64,000 bases of DNA, taken from Acidimicrobiales bacterium (GTDB lineage Bacteria; Actinomycetota; Acidimicrobiia; Acidimicrobiales; Aldehydirespiratoraceae). The DNA is taken from NCBI GenBank assembly GCA_029263175.1, contig JAJCXZ010000016.1, positions 24,554 to 88,553 of the forward strand, written 5' to 3'. The translations under genes were made by a program, and so were the position numbers. This document shows positions 31,130 through 41,310 of the stretch, in pieces (the stretch's first letter is position 1; every line of letters starts with the position of its first letter). The notes under the pieces were generated by a model. It searched no databases. It had not been told where the DNA came from and worked only from the letters and a program-made list of their open reading frames with translations.

Positions 31130-32875
31130 GTGTTTGCCAAAGTACTAATCGCCAACCGGGGCGAAATCGCCGTACGAGTGATCCGCGGCTGCCGCGAACT
31201 CGGCGTCGCCACCGTCGCCGTCTACAGCGAGCTCGATCGCAACGCCCTCCACGTCCGGCTCGCCGACGAGGCATACGCGCTCGGGGGACAGACCGCGGCG
31301 GAGTCCTATCTCAACACCGATGCGATCCTCGATGCCATCGAACGCAGCGGCGCCGACGCCGTGCATCCGGGCTATGGCTTCTTCTCCGAGAATGCCGATT
31401 TTGCTCGATCGATCACCGATCGCGGCATTGCGTTCATCGGTCCCCGTCCTGAGTCCATCGAGGTCATGGGCGACAAGATCTCTGCCCGCGAAGCGGCCGA
31501 GAAGGTCGGTGTCTCCGGCGTTCCCGGCTCGACCGAGCTGCTCATGGACGCCGGAGAAATCGTGACGTTCGGCAACGAGGTCGGCTGGCCGATCGCCATC
31601 AAGGCCGCCTACGGCGGCGGCGGGCGCGGCATGAAGGTGGTCAAGAACGCCGACGAGGCTGCTGACCAATTCGCCTCAGCCAAGCGCGAAGCCACCGCGT
31701 ACTTCGGTCGAGACGAGTGCTACATGGAGCGCTATCTCACCAAACCCCGCCACGTCGAAGTGCAGATCATGGCCGACAGCCACGGCAACTGTGTCTACCT
31801 CGGCACTCGAGATTGCTCGGCTCAGCGCCGCCACCAGAAGCTGATCGAGGAAGCACCCGCTGCCGGCATCCCCGCGGAGATCATCGCGGCGATGGGCGAT
31901 GCCGCCGTAGCGGTGGCCAAGGGCTGCGGCTATGTCAACGCCGGCACCGTGGAGTTCCTCTACGAGGACGGCGGCTTCTACTACCTCGAGATGAACACCC
32001 GCCTTCAGGTCGAGCACCCGGCCACCGAGATGATCACCGGCGTCGACCTCGTCGAGATGCAGCTCCGGGTGGCCGCCGGCGAAGCGCTGCCGTTCAGCCA
32101 GGACGAGGTCCGGATTCGCGGCCACGCAATCGAGGTCCGTATCAACGCCGAAGACCCGGCAGGCGGAGCGTTCCTCCCCTCCCCCGGCCCCATCACGACC
32201 CTCAAGACCCCCGATGGCTTCGGCACCCGTTTCGACACCGGCTACGAAGCCGGCGACGAGATCAGCCAGTTCTACGACAACCTCGTCGGCAAATTGATCG
32301 TCTGGGGCCACGATCGGCCGACCGCCATCGCCCGAGCGCTGCGTGCCCTCGGCGAACTGGTCATCGAAGGCGTGGCCACCACCATTCCGGCCGACATCGC
32401 GATCCTCGAACATCCCGATTTCGCCGCCCTCGAACACTCGACGAAGTGGGTCGAGGACACCCTCGACCTCACTGGCGTCGGATCCACCACGGCCACAGCA
32501 CCACCTGACGATGAACCGCGGGTCAGGCGCGATCTCGATGTGGAGGTCAACGGCAAGCGCTTCAGTGTCTCCATGTGGGTTCCCGAATCGGCGGCAACGG
32601 CAGCGCCCTCGGGCCCCGCGAAGCCTCGACGCGCCGGCGGTGCCGCCAGCGGAGGAAGCAACAGCGGCGAAGTCACCGCGCCGATGCAGGGAACAATCGT
32701 GAAGGTCAACGTCTCCGTCGGAGACAAGGTGGAAGTCGGCGACGCCATCGTTGTGCTCGAAGCGATGAAGATGGAAAACAACGTCGGTGCGGAGAAGTCC
32801 GGCACCGTCACCGAGATCCGAGTCAGCGAAGGCGACTCGGTTGGCGGTGGCGACGTCGTCGCCGTGATCGAATAG
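31130..32875 (+). CDS. accA3: Acyl-CoA carboxylase alpha chain (biotin carboxylase fused to BCCP)
   Basis: ANRGEIA, HPGYGF, GGGGRG, EMNTRLQVEH, EAMKM biotinylation site. Confidence 0.94.
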   Translation: MFAKVLIANRGEIAVRVIRGCRELGVATVAVYSELDRNALHVRLADEAYALGGQTAAESYLNTDAILDAIERSGADAVHPGYGFFSENADFARSITDRGIAFIGPRPESIEVMGDKISAREAAEKVGVSGVPGSTELLMDAGEIVTFGNEVGWPIAIKAAYGGGGRGMKVVKNADEAADQFASAKREATAYFGRDECYMERYLTKPRHVEVQIMADSHGNCVYLGTRDCSAQRRHQKLIEEAPAAGIPAEIIAAMGDAAVAVAKGCGYVNAGTVEFLYEDGGFYYLEMNTRLQVEHPATEMITGVDLVEMQLRVAAGEALPFSQDEVRIRGHAIEVRINAEDPAGGAFLPSPGPITTLKTPDGFGTRFDTGYEAGDEISQFYDNLVGKLIVWGHDRPTAIARALRALGELVIEGVATTIPADIAILEHPDFAALEHSTKWVEDTLDLTGVGSTTATAPPDDEPRVRRDLDVEVNGKRFSVSMWVPESAATAAPSGPAKPRRAGGAASGGSNSGEVTAPMQGTIVKVNVSVGDKVEVGDAIVVLEAMKMENNVGAEKSGTVTEIRVSEGDSVGGGDVVAVIE

Positions 32876-32892
32876 CCACCGTCGTTCGAGAT

Positions 32893-34254
32893 CTACTCGG
32901 CGGCTTCGGCCAACGCTTCGGCGAGGGTCGGGTGCACGAGCAGGCTCTCGTGGATGTCGGTCACGGTAAGACCGTTCGTGACTGCGATCGCCAAGATCGA
33001 GATCAGCTCAGCCGCATGCCGACCAACGATTGAGCCTCCGAGCACAACGCCGGTGGCAGGGTCGGACACGATCTTCACGAAGCCGCGCGGATCGTCATTG
33101 ATGAGCGCCTTGGCGTGCGATGAGAACGGCACCTTGGTGACACGAACCTTGCGGCCTTCCGAGAACGCATCGGTTTCCGCCAAGCCGACATCGGCGATCT
33201 CGGGCTCGGTGAAGATGGCCGACGCAGCTTTGTCGTAGTCGATCTGGCGTTCTTGGCGATGTGAGTACGCACCCATCGCGTGCTCCGCGATCTTGCGACC
33301 CTGCATCGACGCCACCGACGAGAGAGGGAGACGCCCGGAGAGGTCGCCTGCGGCGTAGATGTGCGCAATGTTGCTTCGAAGCTGATCGTCGACCGGGACA
33401 TACCCACCCTCGGTTACGACGCCGGCGCTCTCGAGGCCGAGCTGATCGCTGTTGGGGATCGAGCCGATGGCGAGCAAGGCGTGAGAGCCGGTGGCCACGC
33501 GTCCGTCGTCGCAGGACACGACCACCTCGTCGCCGATGCGCTCCATTTTGGTGGCGCGGGCTCCCTTGAAGAGCCGGACGCCACGCCGCAGGAAGTCTTC
33601 CTCCAATGCCGCAGCCACTTCGGCATCCTTCTGGGGAAGTACATGCTGGCGGCTCACGACCAGCGTGACCTCGGCGCCCATCGACTCGAACATGTGGACG
33701 AACTCCACGCCCGTCACGCCCGATCCGACCACGATTGCATGGCTCGGCACCGACGATGGCGGATACGCGTCGCGGGTCGAGAGGATTCGATCACCGTCGA
33801 CTTCGACCCAGTCGGGAATCCGAGGACGGCTACCGGTCGCCAACACGATGATGTCGGCATCGAGGGTGCGTTCGCCATCGGCGGTGGTGGCGACCACGGT
33901 GCGCGGACCCACGAGATGGCCGGTGCCATCGATCAACTCGACGCGCTGGCTCGTGAGCAGCGAACGGACCGAACCCTCGAGGCGCGTCTCGATGGCGCGG
34001 AGGCGCTCACGCAACTGGACCAGGTCGACGTCTGATTCCACTTCGGACAAGCCCATACGGACAGAGCGACGCAGGAACGAACGGGCGTTGCCGGTGGCGA
34101 TCATCGCCTTCGATGGGATGCAATCCCAGAGGTGGGCGGCTCCACCGATCGTGTCTCGTTCGATGAGTACCACCTCGGCACCCAAGCGCGCGGCAGTGGT
34201 GGCACAGGTGTTCCCGGCCGGTCCACCGCCGATGATCACGATCCGTGTTCTCAT
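32893..34254 (-). CDS. lpdA: Flavoprotein disulfide reductase family; LpdA-like NAD(P)H:quinone reductase
   Basis: GGGPAG, single-Cys HLWDCIPSK, VGSGVTGVEF, FTEPEIA; TAGCCT 7 nt upstream of ATG 34254. Confidence 0.8.
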   Translation of the reverse strand: MRTRIVIIGGGPAGNTCATTAARLGAEVVLIERDTIGGAAHLWDCIPSKAMIATGNARSFLRRSVRMGLSEVESDVDLVQLRERLRAIETRLEGSVRSLLTSQRVELIDGTGHLVGPRTVVATTADGERTLDADIIVLATGSRPRIPDWVEVDGDRILSTRDAYPPSSVPSHAIVVGSGVTGVEFVHMFESMGAEVTLVVSRQHVLPQKDAEVAAALEEDFLRRGVRLFKGARATKMERIGDEVVVSCDDGRVATGSHALLAIGSIPNSDQLGLESAGVVTEGGYVPVDDQLRSNIAHIYAAGDLSGRLPLSSVASMQGRKIAEHAMGAYSHRQERQIDYDKAASAIFTEPEIADVGLAETDAFSEGRKVRVTKVPFSSHAKALINDDPRGFVKIVSDPATGVVLGGSIVGRHAAELISILAIAVTNGLTVTDIHESLLVHPTLAEALAEAAE

Positions 34255-34335
34255 TGGCCGGAGGCTAGCCGCGGACATATACGTTCAGAGACGATTCGTC
34301 GGTGTCGACGGTCCTCAGCACTAGGTTCAATCGCT

Positions 34336-35418
34336 GTGAACGAGATGATCCGCGTCGGGCTCGACGTCACGCCACTGATCGGCGCCCCGAGCGGAATCCA
34401 TCAGGTCACGCGGGGGCTGCTCGATGCCCTTCGGGCGCGAGATGACATCTCGGTCTCCGGGTGGCTGCTCTCGGCACGCGGTGCGATACCCGAACTCGGG
34501 ATCGACGTTCACCGGTCGCGGCTGCCGGCGGAGCTCGTACAGCGATTCTGGCGCCACAGCTCGTTTCCCGGAATCCGCCGAATCGCGGGCGACGTAGATG
34601 TCGTGCACGGCACGAACTTCCTTGCTCCTCCATCGCCTCGCTCAATCATCTCCGTGCAGGATCTGACGCCGCTCTCTCACCCCGAGTGGGTCCAGCCCGC
34701 GGTTCGGTCAAAGGCCGGCGCGCTCGAACGGGCGCTGGCGCAGGGAGCCACGGTGCACACATCCTCGGAGGCGGTCGCCGACGAGCTCGTGCAACTCATG
34801 GGGACCGATGAGGACCAAATATGTGTCGTGCACCATGCGGTTCGCGAGGTCGAGGCCGCGTCGGCAGACCTCGCGGCTCGGCTAGTAGCGAGCGAGCGCT
34901 TCATCCTCGTCCTGGGCACGGTCGAACGCCGCAAGAACGTCGAGGCCGCAGTGGATGCAATCGCTGCCCTTCCCAACGACATCAGCCTGGTGATCGCCGG
35001 ACCACGGGGCAACAGCGAGAGCAGCGTTCAACGGGCGATCAGCGAATCGCCCGCTCGAGACCGGATCGTTCGCCTTCCCGACATCAGCGCAGCAGAGCAC
35101 GCCGCTCTTCTCCGCCACGCGCTCGTCTTGTGCTTCCCCTCGTTCTATGAGGGTTTCGGCCTGCCACCACTGGAGGCACTGCGTGTCAGGACCGCGGTAG
35201 TCGCCACGGCTGTCGGGGCACTACCAGAGTTGATCTCGGACCGAGTCCCGCTAGTGACGCCGGGCGACACGGTTGCGCTCACCGAGGCTCTCGTGGCCGC
35301 AGCAGAGGCGCCTGCTGTGGACCCTGTGGTGGTCGAACGCATCACGGCCATGACGTGGGAACGTTCTGCCAAGGAGATGACCGCGGTCTACCAGCGCGTC
35401 ACCGACAACAACAGCTGA
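34336..35418 (+). CDS. Glycosyltransferase family 4
   Basis: VVHGTNF, GTVERRKNV, PSFYEGFGLPPLEA; GTG 34336 preceded by TAGGTT. Confidence 0.9.
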   Translation: MNEMIRVGLDVTPLIGAPSGIHQVTRGLLDALRARDDISVSGWLLSARGAIPELGIDVHRSRLPAELVQRFWRHSSFPGIRRIAGDVDVVHGTNFLAPPSPRSIISVQDLTPLSHPEWVQPAVRSKAGALERALAQGATVHTSSEAVADELVQLMGTDEDQICVVHHAVREVEAASADLAARLVASERFILVLGTVERRKNVEAAVDAIAALPNDISLVIAGPRGNSESSVQRAISESPARDRIVRLPDISAAEHAALLRHALVLCFPSFYEGFGLPPLEALRVRTAVVATAVGALPELISDRVPLVTPGDTVALTEALVAAAEAPAVDPVVVERITAMTWERSAKEMTAVYQRVTDNNS

Positions 35419-35422
35419 ACCG

Positions 35423-37465
35423 CTACGAGGCGACTTCTCGGTGCAGCATTGCCGCAGCCTGAGCCCTGGTGACGTCGTCGCCCGCGGCGAAGGTGGTCGG
35501 CGTGATGCCAGTCGTGATTGCCTGTGCCTTCGCCCACGCCACGGCGACTGAGTAGTACTGGCCCGCGGGTACGTCGGCGAAGCCATGCGCAGGCTGGATG
35601 CCGGGCGATCCCGCCCGGCGCCAGAGCAACGTGGCCAGTTGACCTCGGGTGACAGCGGCATGGGGAGCGAATGTGGTTGGTCCGGTCCCTGTCGTGATGC
35701 CTTCAGCCTTGGCCCACGCCACCGCGTCGTTGAAGTAGGTCTCGGCACCCACGTCGCTGAAGCCATGGGCCGGGTACCCGGTCGGCGTGCCTTCCTGGCG
35801 CCAGAGGAAGGTCACCATCTGTGCCCGGGTCAGGGCCAGGTTCGGGCCGTAGAGCGTGGGTGTGATCCCGGTGGTGATCTCCTCGTCGACCATCCATTCG
35901 ACCGGAGTGGCGTAGTAGGCCGCGTCGGAGACGTCGCAGAAGGTGCCGGACGCTCCGGCGAGTGCGCAGAGCGAACCACTCGGCGCGCCAGATCGGGCCG
36001 GCGACCAACCGGCCATTGGCCATGCGTCGGTCGCCGTTGTCGGCGGCAACGAATACGCGGCGACACGCGTATTGCCGTTCGGGGTATTGAAGCCGGTGAA
36101 CACGATCCGACGTTCACCGTCAAGAATTCCGATCGCAGGAGCTGCCTCGTGCGACCACGCAAAGCTCATCCGATTGGTCCAGTACAGACCACTCTCGAGG
36201 GATGCGCCGTTGTGGCCGTCGAGAAGGGCCAACCCCTTTTCGGTGCCGATGACGACATCCTGGTCGCCGTCGCCATCGAGATCAGCGATGGCCGGGGATC
36301 CAGTTGCGCGGCCTGTTCCGAGGTGTGCGAAATCGGGAATCACCGACCAGTAGGTCGCCCCGGTTCCGTGCCATGCCCAGACCTTGTTGTCCCACGAGCC
36401 GATCACGACTTCGGGTATTCCATCGCCGTCGAGATCGCCGAGCGCAGGATTGCCGATGACCGTGCCGCCCGTGCTCTGCGGCCACCCGGCGACATTGGAG
36501 CCGTCGTCGAGGTGGAAGGCGAAGACCTTGGTGTGGTCGCTCGCGGTGCCGGTCACCGAGTTCCAGTTGTCGCCGGTACCGACGATCGCTTCGGGTCGGC
36601 CATCGCCGTTGATGTCACCGATGGCGGGAGACGAGTGGAAGACCTCGTTGGCGGTGCGGTTCCACATCTCCGTCACCGTGCCGTCCTCCCAGTCGAGGGC
36701 TCGAAACACACCACCTTGGTGGTCGAAGTAACCGCCCAGAGTCGAGTCACCACCGACGAAGATCTCCATGTCATCGTCGCCGTCGGCATCGAAGAGAGCG
36801 GGCGAGGACCAGACCGAGTCATCATTGTTGACCGGGAAACCCGACAATGGCTCGCCGAAGCGATCGACGGCCCAGATCATGAAATCGAATGAGGCGAAGA
36901 CAACATCGAGGTTGCCGTCGCCGTCGACGTCACCGATCGCCGGCGTCGAAAACACACCTTCGCAGTAGCCGTCGAGATTACCCGTATTCGCCCACACGTC
37001 GCCTGTGTCGCGTCCGTGATCGAAGTTCCACTCGAGGGCACCCGTCTTGCCGTCGAAAGCGACGACGCTGCCGTTTTGGTTGGCGACCCACGTGGATCCC
37101 ACACCGACGATCACCTCGGGCGTGCCGTCCTTGTCGATGTCGGCCACCGCAGGACTCGAGTCGATGGCACTGGCGCCGGACTGCCCCTGACAGCCGGGCC
37201 CGATGCCGGGAACTGCGGCGCTCGCCCACTTCAACGTGCCATCGGCCTCATAGGCGCGAAGCTTGCCGTCCTGGTGGCCGAACACGACCTCGTTGGCGCC
37301 ATCGGCATCGATGTCGGCGATAACCGGTGAAGAGGATCGGTTCCAGCCGTCGAGAAGGAACGCCCATTCCTTGTTGTACGGCGTGGCAGCTTGTGCCGGA
37401 GCAGTTGAAAGCGCCACAGAACAGAGGGTGAGGGCGGCAACTGCCGAAAGTAGACGTCGAGCCAT
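35423..37465 (-). CDS. Secreted FG-GAP repeat beta-propeller protein with three C-terminal SLH domains
   Basis: Signal peptide (AQA-A), seven SP-x-x-x-D-x-D-x-D-G type repeats, three FxDV...W...ITTG...TR[AG]Q units. Confidence 0.9.
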   Translation of the reverse strand: MARRLLSAVAALTLCSVALSTAPAQAATPYNKEWAFLLDGWNRSSSPVIADIDADGANEVVFGHQDGKLRAYEADGTLKWASAAVPGIGPGCQGQSGASAIDSSPAVADIDKDGTPEVIVGVGSTWVANQNGSVVAFDGKTGALEWNFDHGRDTGDVWANTGNLDGYCEGVFSTPAIGDVDGDGNLDVVFASFDFMIWAVDRFGEPLSGFPVNNDDSVWSSPALFDADGDDDMEIFVGGDSTLGGYFDHQGGVFRALDWEDGTVTEMWNRTANEVFHSSPAIGDINGDGRPEAIVGTGDNWNSVTGTASDHTKVFAFHLDDGSNVAGWPQSTGGTVIGNPALGDLDGDGIPEVVIGSWDNKVWAWHGTGATYWSVIPDFAHLGTGRATGSPAIADLDGDGDQDVVIGTEKGLALLDGHNGASLESGLYWTNRMSFAWSHEAAPAIGILDGERRIVFTGFNTPNGNTRVAAYSLPPTTATDAWPMAGWSPARSGAPSGSLCALAGASGTFCDVSDAAYYATPVEWMVDEEITTGITPTLYGPNLALTRAQMVTFLWRQEGTPTGYPAHGFSDVGAETYFNDAVAWAKAEGITTGTGPTTFAPHAAVTRGQLATLLWRRAGSPGIQPAHGFADVPAGQYYSVAVAWAKAQAITTGITPTTFAAGDDVTRAQAAAMLHREVAS

Positions 37466-37522
37466 GCATGATCATTCGGTCAAGACCACGCCGCGCCTGA
37501 GCAATCTAGCTCAGGCATTCGG

Positions 37523-39217
37523 TCACACGGGGTCACCGAGATCGATCAACCAGTCCTCGCCGTGCCGGGAAGCGCGTGCGCCACCCTCGACCGCTGCCGT
37601 GGCGATTGCGGCCGCATCAGCCGCTGCATAGGCCGGGAACCCCTGCTCCGACCCGGTGTGCAGGATCACATACCGCACGTCGAGCCGGTCGATGGACGAG
37701 AGTGCTTCCGCGGCCGGGAAGCTGTTCAGAACATCACCCAGCCCGTCGAATTGCTGGGGCGCCGATCCGGAATAGCCGTTCACCCGGGGGTTGAAGTCGA
37801 TCGTGGCGTGATACATCCGTGGCGCTTCGACGAATGGCCAGGCGAATCCATCGTTCGGCGTTTGGATCGGCAACTCGAGCACCACGCCATCGTCCATGTC
37901 GGCGATTGCCTCATAGACCAGCCGGCGATCACCCTCTGGCACCTCGACTCGTCCCATTGGTCCGCCCACCTCGATGATGATCATGAGCACGACAAACGGA
38001 ACGAGCGCCGCTCGCAATCTCGGGTTCACACGGGGTTGGAGCCAGCGAACGGCGAGAACCACGAGCACGGCACCGGCCACGAAGGTCACCACCGCGAAAC
38101 GTGCGGTGGCACGTACCCCATCGAACCCGGGAACGTACGAGTGGAAGAGCCGGAACGGGCCCGGCCAGCCGTTCGGTGACGGCCCGAACGCGAGCACGAG
38201 GGCCACGAGTCCGGCGGCGACGACCGCGATCAACTCCTCGGAACGAACGCGGCCTTCATCGAGACGCGGCCCTTTCCGGATGAGCACGACCATGAGCGCG
38301 GCACCGATGAGCCCAAGCCCGAGCGCGGTGAATCCAACGAAGTAGGGATGCTCACCAGGCCGTCCGAACGAGTTGAGCGAATCGAGCGAACTACCCCAAC
38401 TCCAGTTGTCGCGCTGCGGGGTGATGAGATCACGCAAACCCAGCGAGTTGGCCGGCTCGTACCCGCGACTGACGCCTTGGGTGTCAAGGGTGCGCCGATA
38501 CAACAACGCCACCGGCCCCATCACCGCAGCTGCACCACCGGCCGCAGTGATGGCCACGGGCAGCAGAGAACGGATCGGCGGCAGCGCTCGGCGAACCGCC
38601 ATCGTCGCAACGACCGCAACCGCGGCAACGACCCAGATGAGCCCGTACAGGACGTTGGCCAAGGCAAGCACCACAGTCGCCGCCGCCAACGCGACGCCAT
38701 CGCGCTTGCGCTTCAGTTCGACGGCTCTCAACAGCAGCAGCAGACACAGCGAGATCAGCCCGAACGTCTGGAGCTGAGGATGATTCTGCTGACCGAACAC
38801 GAAGCTGTTGCAGCAGACGACCACGGCGAAGAGAACCGCGAGATCTTCTCGATCGAAGAGCCGCTTCCCGAGGGCATGGGCCGCCACCAGCGCAAAGACG
38901 AACATGGCGATGACCAACAGGTTCAAGGCAACGATTCCGTCACCGCTGAGCCAATTCAAGACGCCGAACACCGGGGCGAGTGACAGCATCGAGTCAGACA
39001 GCGCCAACGTGTTCGCGTGCGGGTAGAAGATGTTGGCGTCGAAGACGTCGAGCGGCTGGGTCGCCAAGCCGTGTGCACCCCACGACAATGTCCACGTGAG
39101 GAACATGCTGTCGCCGAGGTCACCGGCCACCGAAGTCGAGATCCGGTGCGGCGTGGGTTGGAGTAGCAGCACGGTGAGCCCAAGCCACAGGAGCCACCGC
39201 TTCAGACGTAAGCTCAC
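37523..39217 (-). CDS. Multi-TM GT-C-like membrane protein (probable extracytoplasmic glycosyltransferase)
   Basis: DLGD..F..W.L.W, FDANIFYP, RATARF, VNGYSG, VRYVILH. GTG 39217 has GGAG upstream. The ORF-track start overlaps the divergent gene. Confidence 0.72.
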   Translation of the reverse strand: MSLRLKRWLLWLGLTVLLLQPTPHRISTSVAGDLGDSMFLTWTLSWGAHGLATQPLDVFDANIFYPHANTLALSDSMLSLAPVFGVLNWLSGDGIVALNLLVIAMFVFALVAAHALGKRLFDREDLAVLFAVVVCCNSFVFGQQNHPQLQTFGLISLCLLLLLRAVELKRKRDGVALAAATVVLALANVLYGLIWVVAAVAVVATMAVRRALPPIRSLLPVAITAAGGAAAVMGPVALLYRRTLDTQGVSRGYEPANSLGLRDLITPQRDNWSWGSSLDSLNSFGRPGEHPYFVGFTALGLGLIGAALMVVLIRKGPRLDEGRVRSEELIAVVAAGLVALVLAFGPSPNGWPGPFRLFHSYVPGFDGVRATARFAVVTFVAGAVLVVLAVRWLQPRVNPRLRAALVPFVVLMIIIEVGGPMGRVEVPEGDRRLVYEAIADMDDGVVLELPIQTPNDGFAWPFVEAPRMYHATIDFNPRVNGYSGSAPQQFDGLGDVLNSFPAAEALSSIDRLDVRYVILHTGSEQGFPAYAAADAAAIATAAVEGGARASRHGEDWLIDLGDPV

Positions 39218-39220
39218 GCC

Positions 39221-40138
39221 GTGAACTCCGTCGCCGAACTCGACATCTCCATCGTCTTGCCCGTGCACAATGAGGCCGGACACCTCGAAGCCGAGCTCAC
39301 CCGTATCCATGAGTCCATGAGCGCATCATCGTATTCCTGGGAACTGATCATCGTCGATGACGGTTCGAGCGACGGTTCAAGCGATATCGCGATGGGCCGT
39401 CCGAACACTCGCGTGATCCGTGCAGAACGCAACGGCGGCGCCGGTACGGGTCGCCGTATCGGGACCGAAGCCGCCAACGGACACATCGTGGTCTGGTCCG
39501 ATGCCGACATGTCGTACCCCAACCATCGCATCCCCGAGTTGGTCGCCGAGATGGGTGACGCCGATCAGATCGTCGGCGCCCGCACCAGCGAGGAAGGCAC
39601 GCTCAAGATCTTCCGGGTCCCGGCCAAGTGGATGATCCGCCGACTCGCCTCGTATCTCACGAAGACCAAGATCCCAGACCTCAACTCCGGCTTCCGTGCC
39701 ATGCGCCGCGACGTGGCACTGCAGTACATCCATCATCTACCTGCCGGCTTCAGCTGTGTCACCACGATCACCATGGCGTTTCTGATGAACGGCTATCAGG
39801 TGAAGTACGTCCCGATCGACTACGAAACCCGCGCCGGCACATCGAAGTTCCACTGGCTCGCCGACACGCGACGCTACGCCCTTCAGGTCATCCGGATGAT
39901 GTTGTCGTATGACCCGTTGCGGGTGATGCTCCCCATCGCCACCCTTCTCGGACTCATCTTCGTCGGCAAGCTCGGCTACGACTTGGTCGACAAGGACTTC
40001 CGTCCTGCCGCCAACACACTGCTGCTCGGCTTTGCCATGTTCCAGGTGCTGGCTGTCGGGCTGTTGGCCGACCTGGTGGTGCGGGTGAACAAGCCACAGT
40101 GCGCAATCCGTCCTGCCGACGTCATCGAGCGGAGCTAG
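39221..40138 (+). CDS. GT2 polyprenyl-phosphate glycosyltransferase-like protein with two C-terminal TM helices
   Basis: IVLPVHNE, VDDGSSD, DAD, DLNSGFRA, R.GTSKF; TAAGCT 6 nt upstream. Confidence 0.88.
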   Translation: MNSVAELDISIVLPVHNEAGHLEAELTRIHESMSASSYSWELIIVDDGSSDGSSDIAMGRPNTRVIRAERNGGAGTGRRIGTEAANGHIVVWSDADMSYPNHRIPELVAEMGDADQIVGARTSEEGTLKIFRVPAKWMIRRLASYLTKTKIPDLNSGFRAMRRDVALQYIHHLPAGFSCVTTITMAFLMNGYQVKYVPIDYETRAGTSKFHWLADTRRYALQVIRMMLSYDPLRVMLPIATLLGLIFVGKLGYDLVDKDFRPAANTLLLGFAMFQVLAVGLLADLVVRVNKPQCAIRPADVIERS

Positions 40139-41310
40139 TCGAGCCGGTCCAGCAGCGCTTCATAGCGCGCCCGGACCGACTCCCAGCAGAAGAACCCCTC
40201 GGCATAGCGACGGCCCGCGTCCGCCATGTTCTGACGAAGAGACTCACTACCCAGGAGCCGGCTCAGCGCCACCTCGAAGTCGGCGATCCCGGTGTACCAG
40301 AGACCCCCGCCGGAGTTCTCGCAGTGCTCGCGTAGGGGGAGGCACCACCCGTTGACGAGTACCGGCGTTCCCACAAGAAAGGCCTCCGGGACCACGATCG
40401 AAAACGACTCGTGCGGGGAGGGGTTGATCAAGACGTCGGCCGCAGCCAGCAGACCGAACTTGTGCTCGGCATCCACAGGCCCGAGCACGACCACACCGTC
40501 AGTTTCAGGCAGAGCGTCGATCACCGGGCCGGCGAGCACCAGCCGACCACGGCCGGTTCGGGCGCGGAAGTCCGAGAACCGGCGGACGAGTTCGTGGGTG
40601 CCCTTCCCGATGTCGATCCGGCCCAGGGCCACGACGAATGGCTCGTCGCCGAGACCGAGCGCTGAACGTGCCCGTTCGGGATCAACCGGGCCATCGACCT
40701 CGATCGGCAATCCGAGGACGACCTGTGGATGACCGCTCGTTGATGGGAACCGCTCGAGTATGAGGTCCTGCTCGGCTCGGCTGTGGTGGGCGAAGCCGGA
40801 GGCGGCACCGAACACCTGCTCGAAAATCCGAAGGCCGAGAGCCGGCTCGGGATGACACGCGCCGTGCATCACCGAAGGGACTCTGGCGCGCAGAATGCCG
40901 CGAGCCGTCGGTTGATAGAGGTAGGGGTAGAAGCCGAGTACGCCACCGTCGACCTCGGCGACCGCGTCCAGCAGGGCTGCACTGGCAGGCCCCTGACGGT
41001 CGATCCAATCCCACGCTTCGGCGCTCGACACACTCCCGGCCTTGGGCAACACCCGATCGCTGAGCCGATCGAATCCCGGGTCGCGAGGATGGTCGACCCG
41101 GAATCGGTTGACCCGGACGCCTTCCTCCAACGTCTCCCCGGCGGCGAACTCGTCCGCCCAGGTGACGTGAGAACGGGCACAGCTGCTGAGGACCTGCACA
41201 TCCCAACCTTCAGCGGCGAGTCCGACGGCGAGACTTCGGGCGCCCTGCTCGGCGCCTCCGTGCACGTCCGCGCCATAGCGGGGTGTGACGAAGGTGACGC
41301 GACGACTCAT
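40135..41310 (-). CDS. Glycosyltransferase family 4
   Basis: PRYG...GGAE, GRID.GKG, PSPHESFSIVVPEA. Confidence 0.9.
   Translation of the reverse strand: MSRRVTFVTPRYGADVHGGAEQGARSLAVGLAAEGWDVQVLSSCARSHVTWADEFAAGETLEEGVRVNRFRVDHPRDPGFDRLSDRVLPKAGSVSSAEAWDWIDRQGPASAALLDAVAEVDGGVLGFYPYLYQPTARGILRARVPSVMHGACHPEPALGLRIFEQVFGAASGFAHHSRAEQDLILERFPSTSGHPQVVLGLPIEVDGPVDPERARSALGLGDEPFVVALGRIDIGKGTHELVRRFSDFRARTGRGRLVLAGPVIDALPETDGVVVLGPVDAEHKFGLLAAADVLINPSPHESFSIVVPEAFLVGTPVLVNGWCLPLREHCENSGGGLWYTGIADFEVALSRLLGSESLRQNMADAGRRYAEGFFCWESVRARYEALLDRLD

Noticed and set aside
32893-34254. Dihydrolipoamide dehydrogenase or mycothione reductase
   Set aside because: It lacks the CxxxxC redox disulfide.
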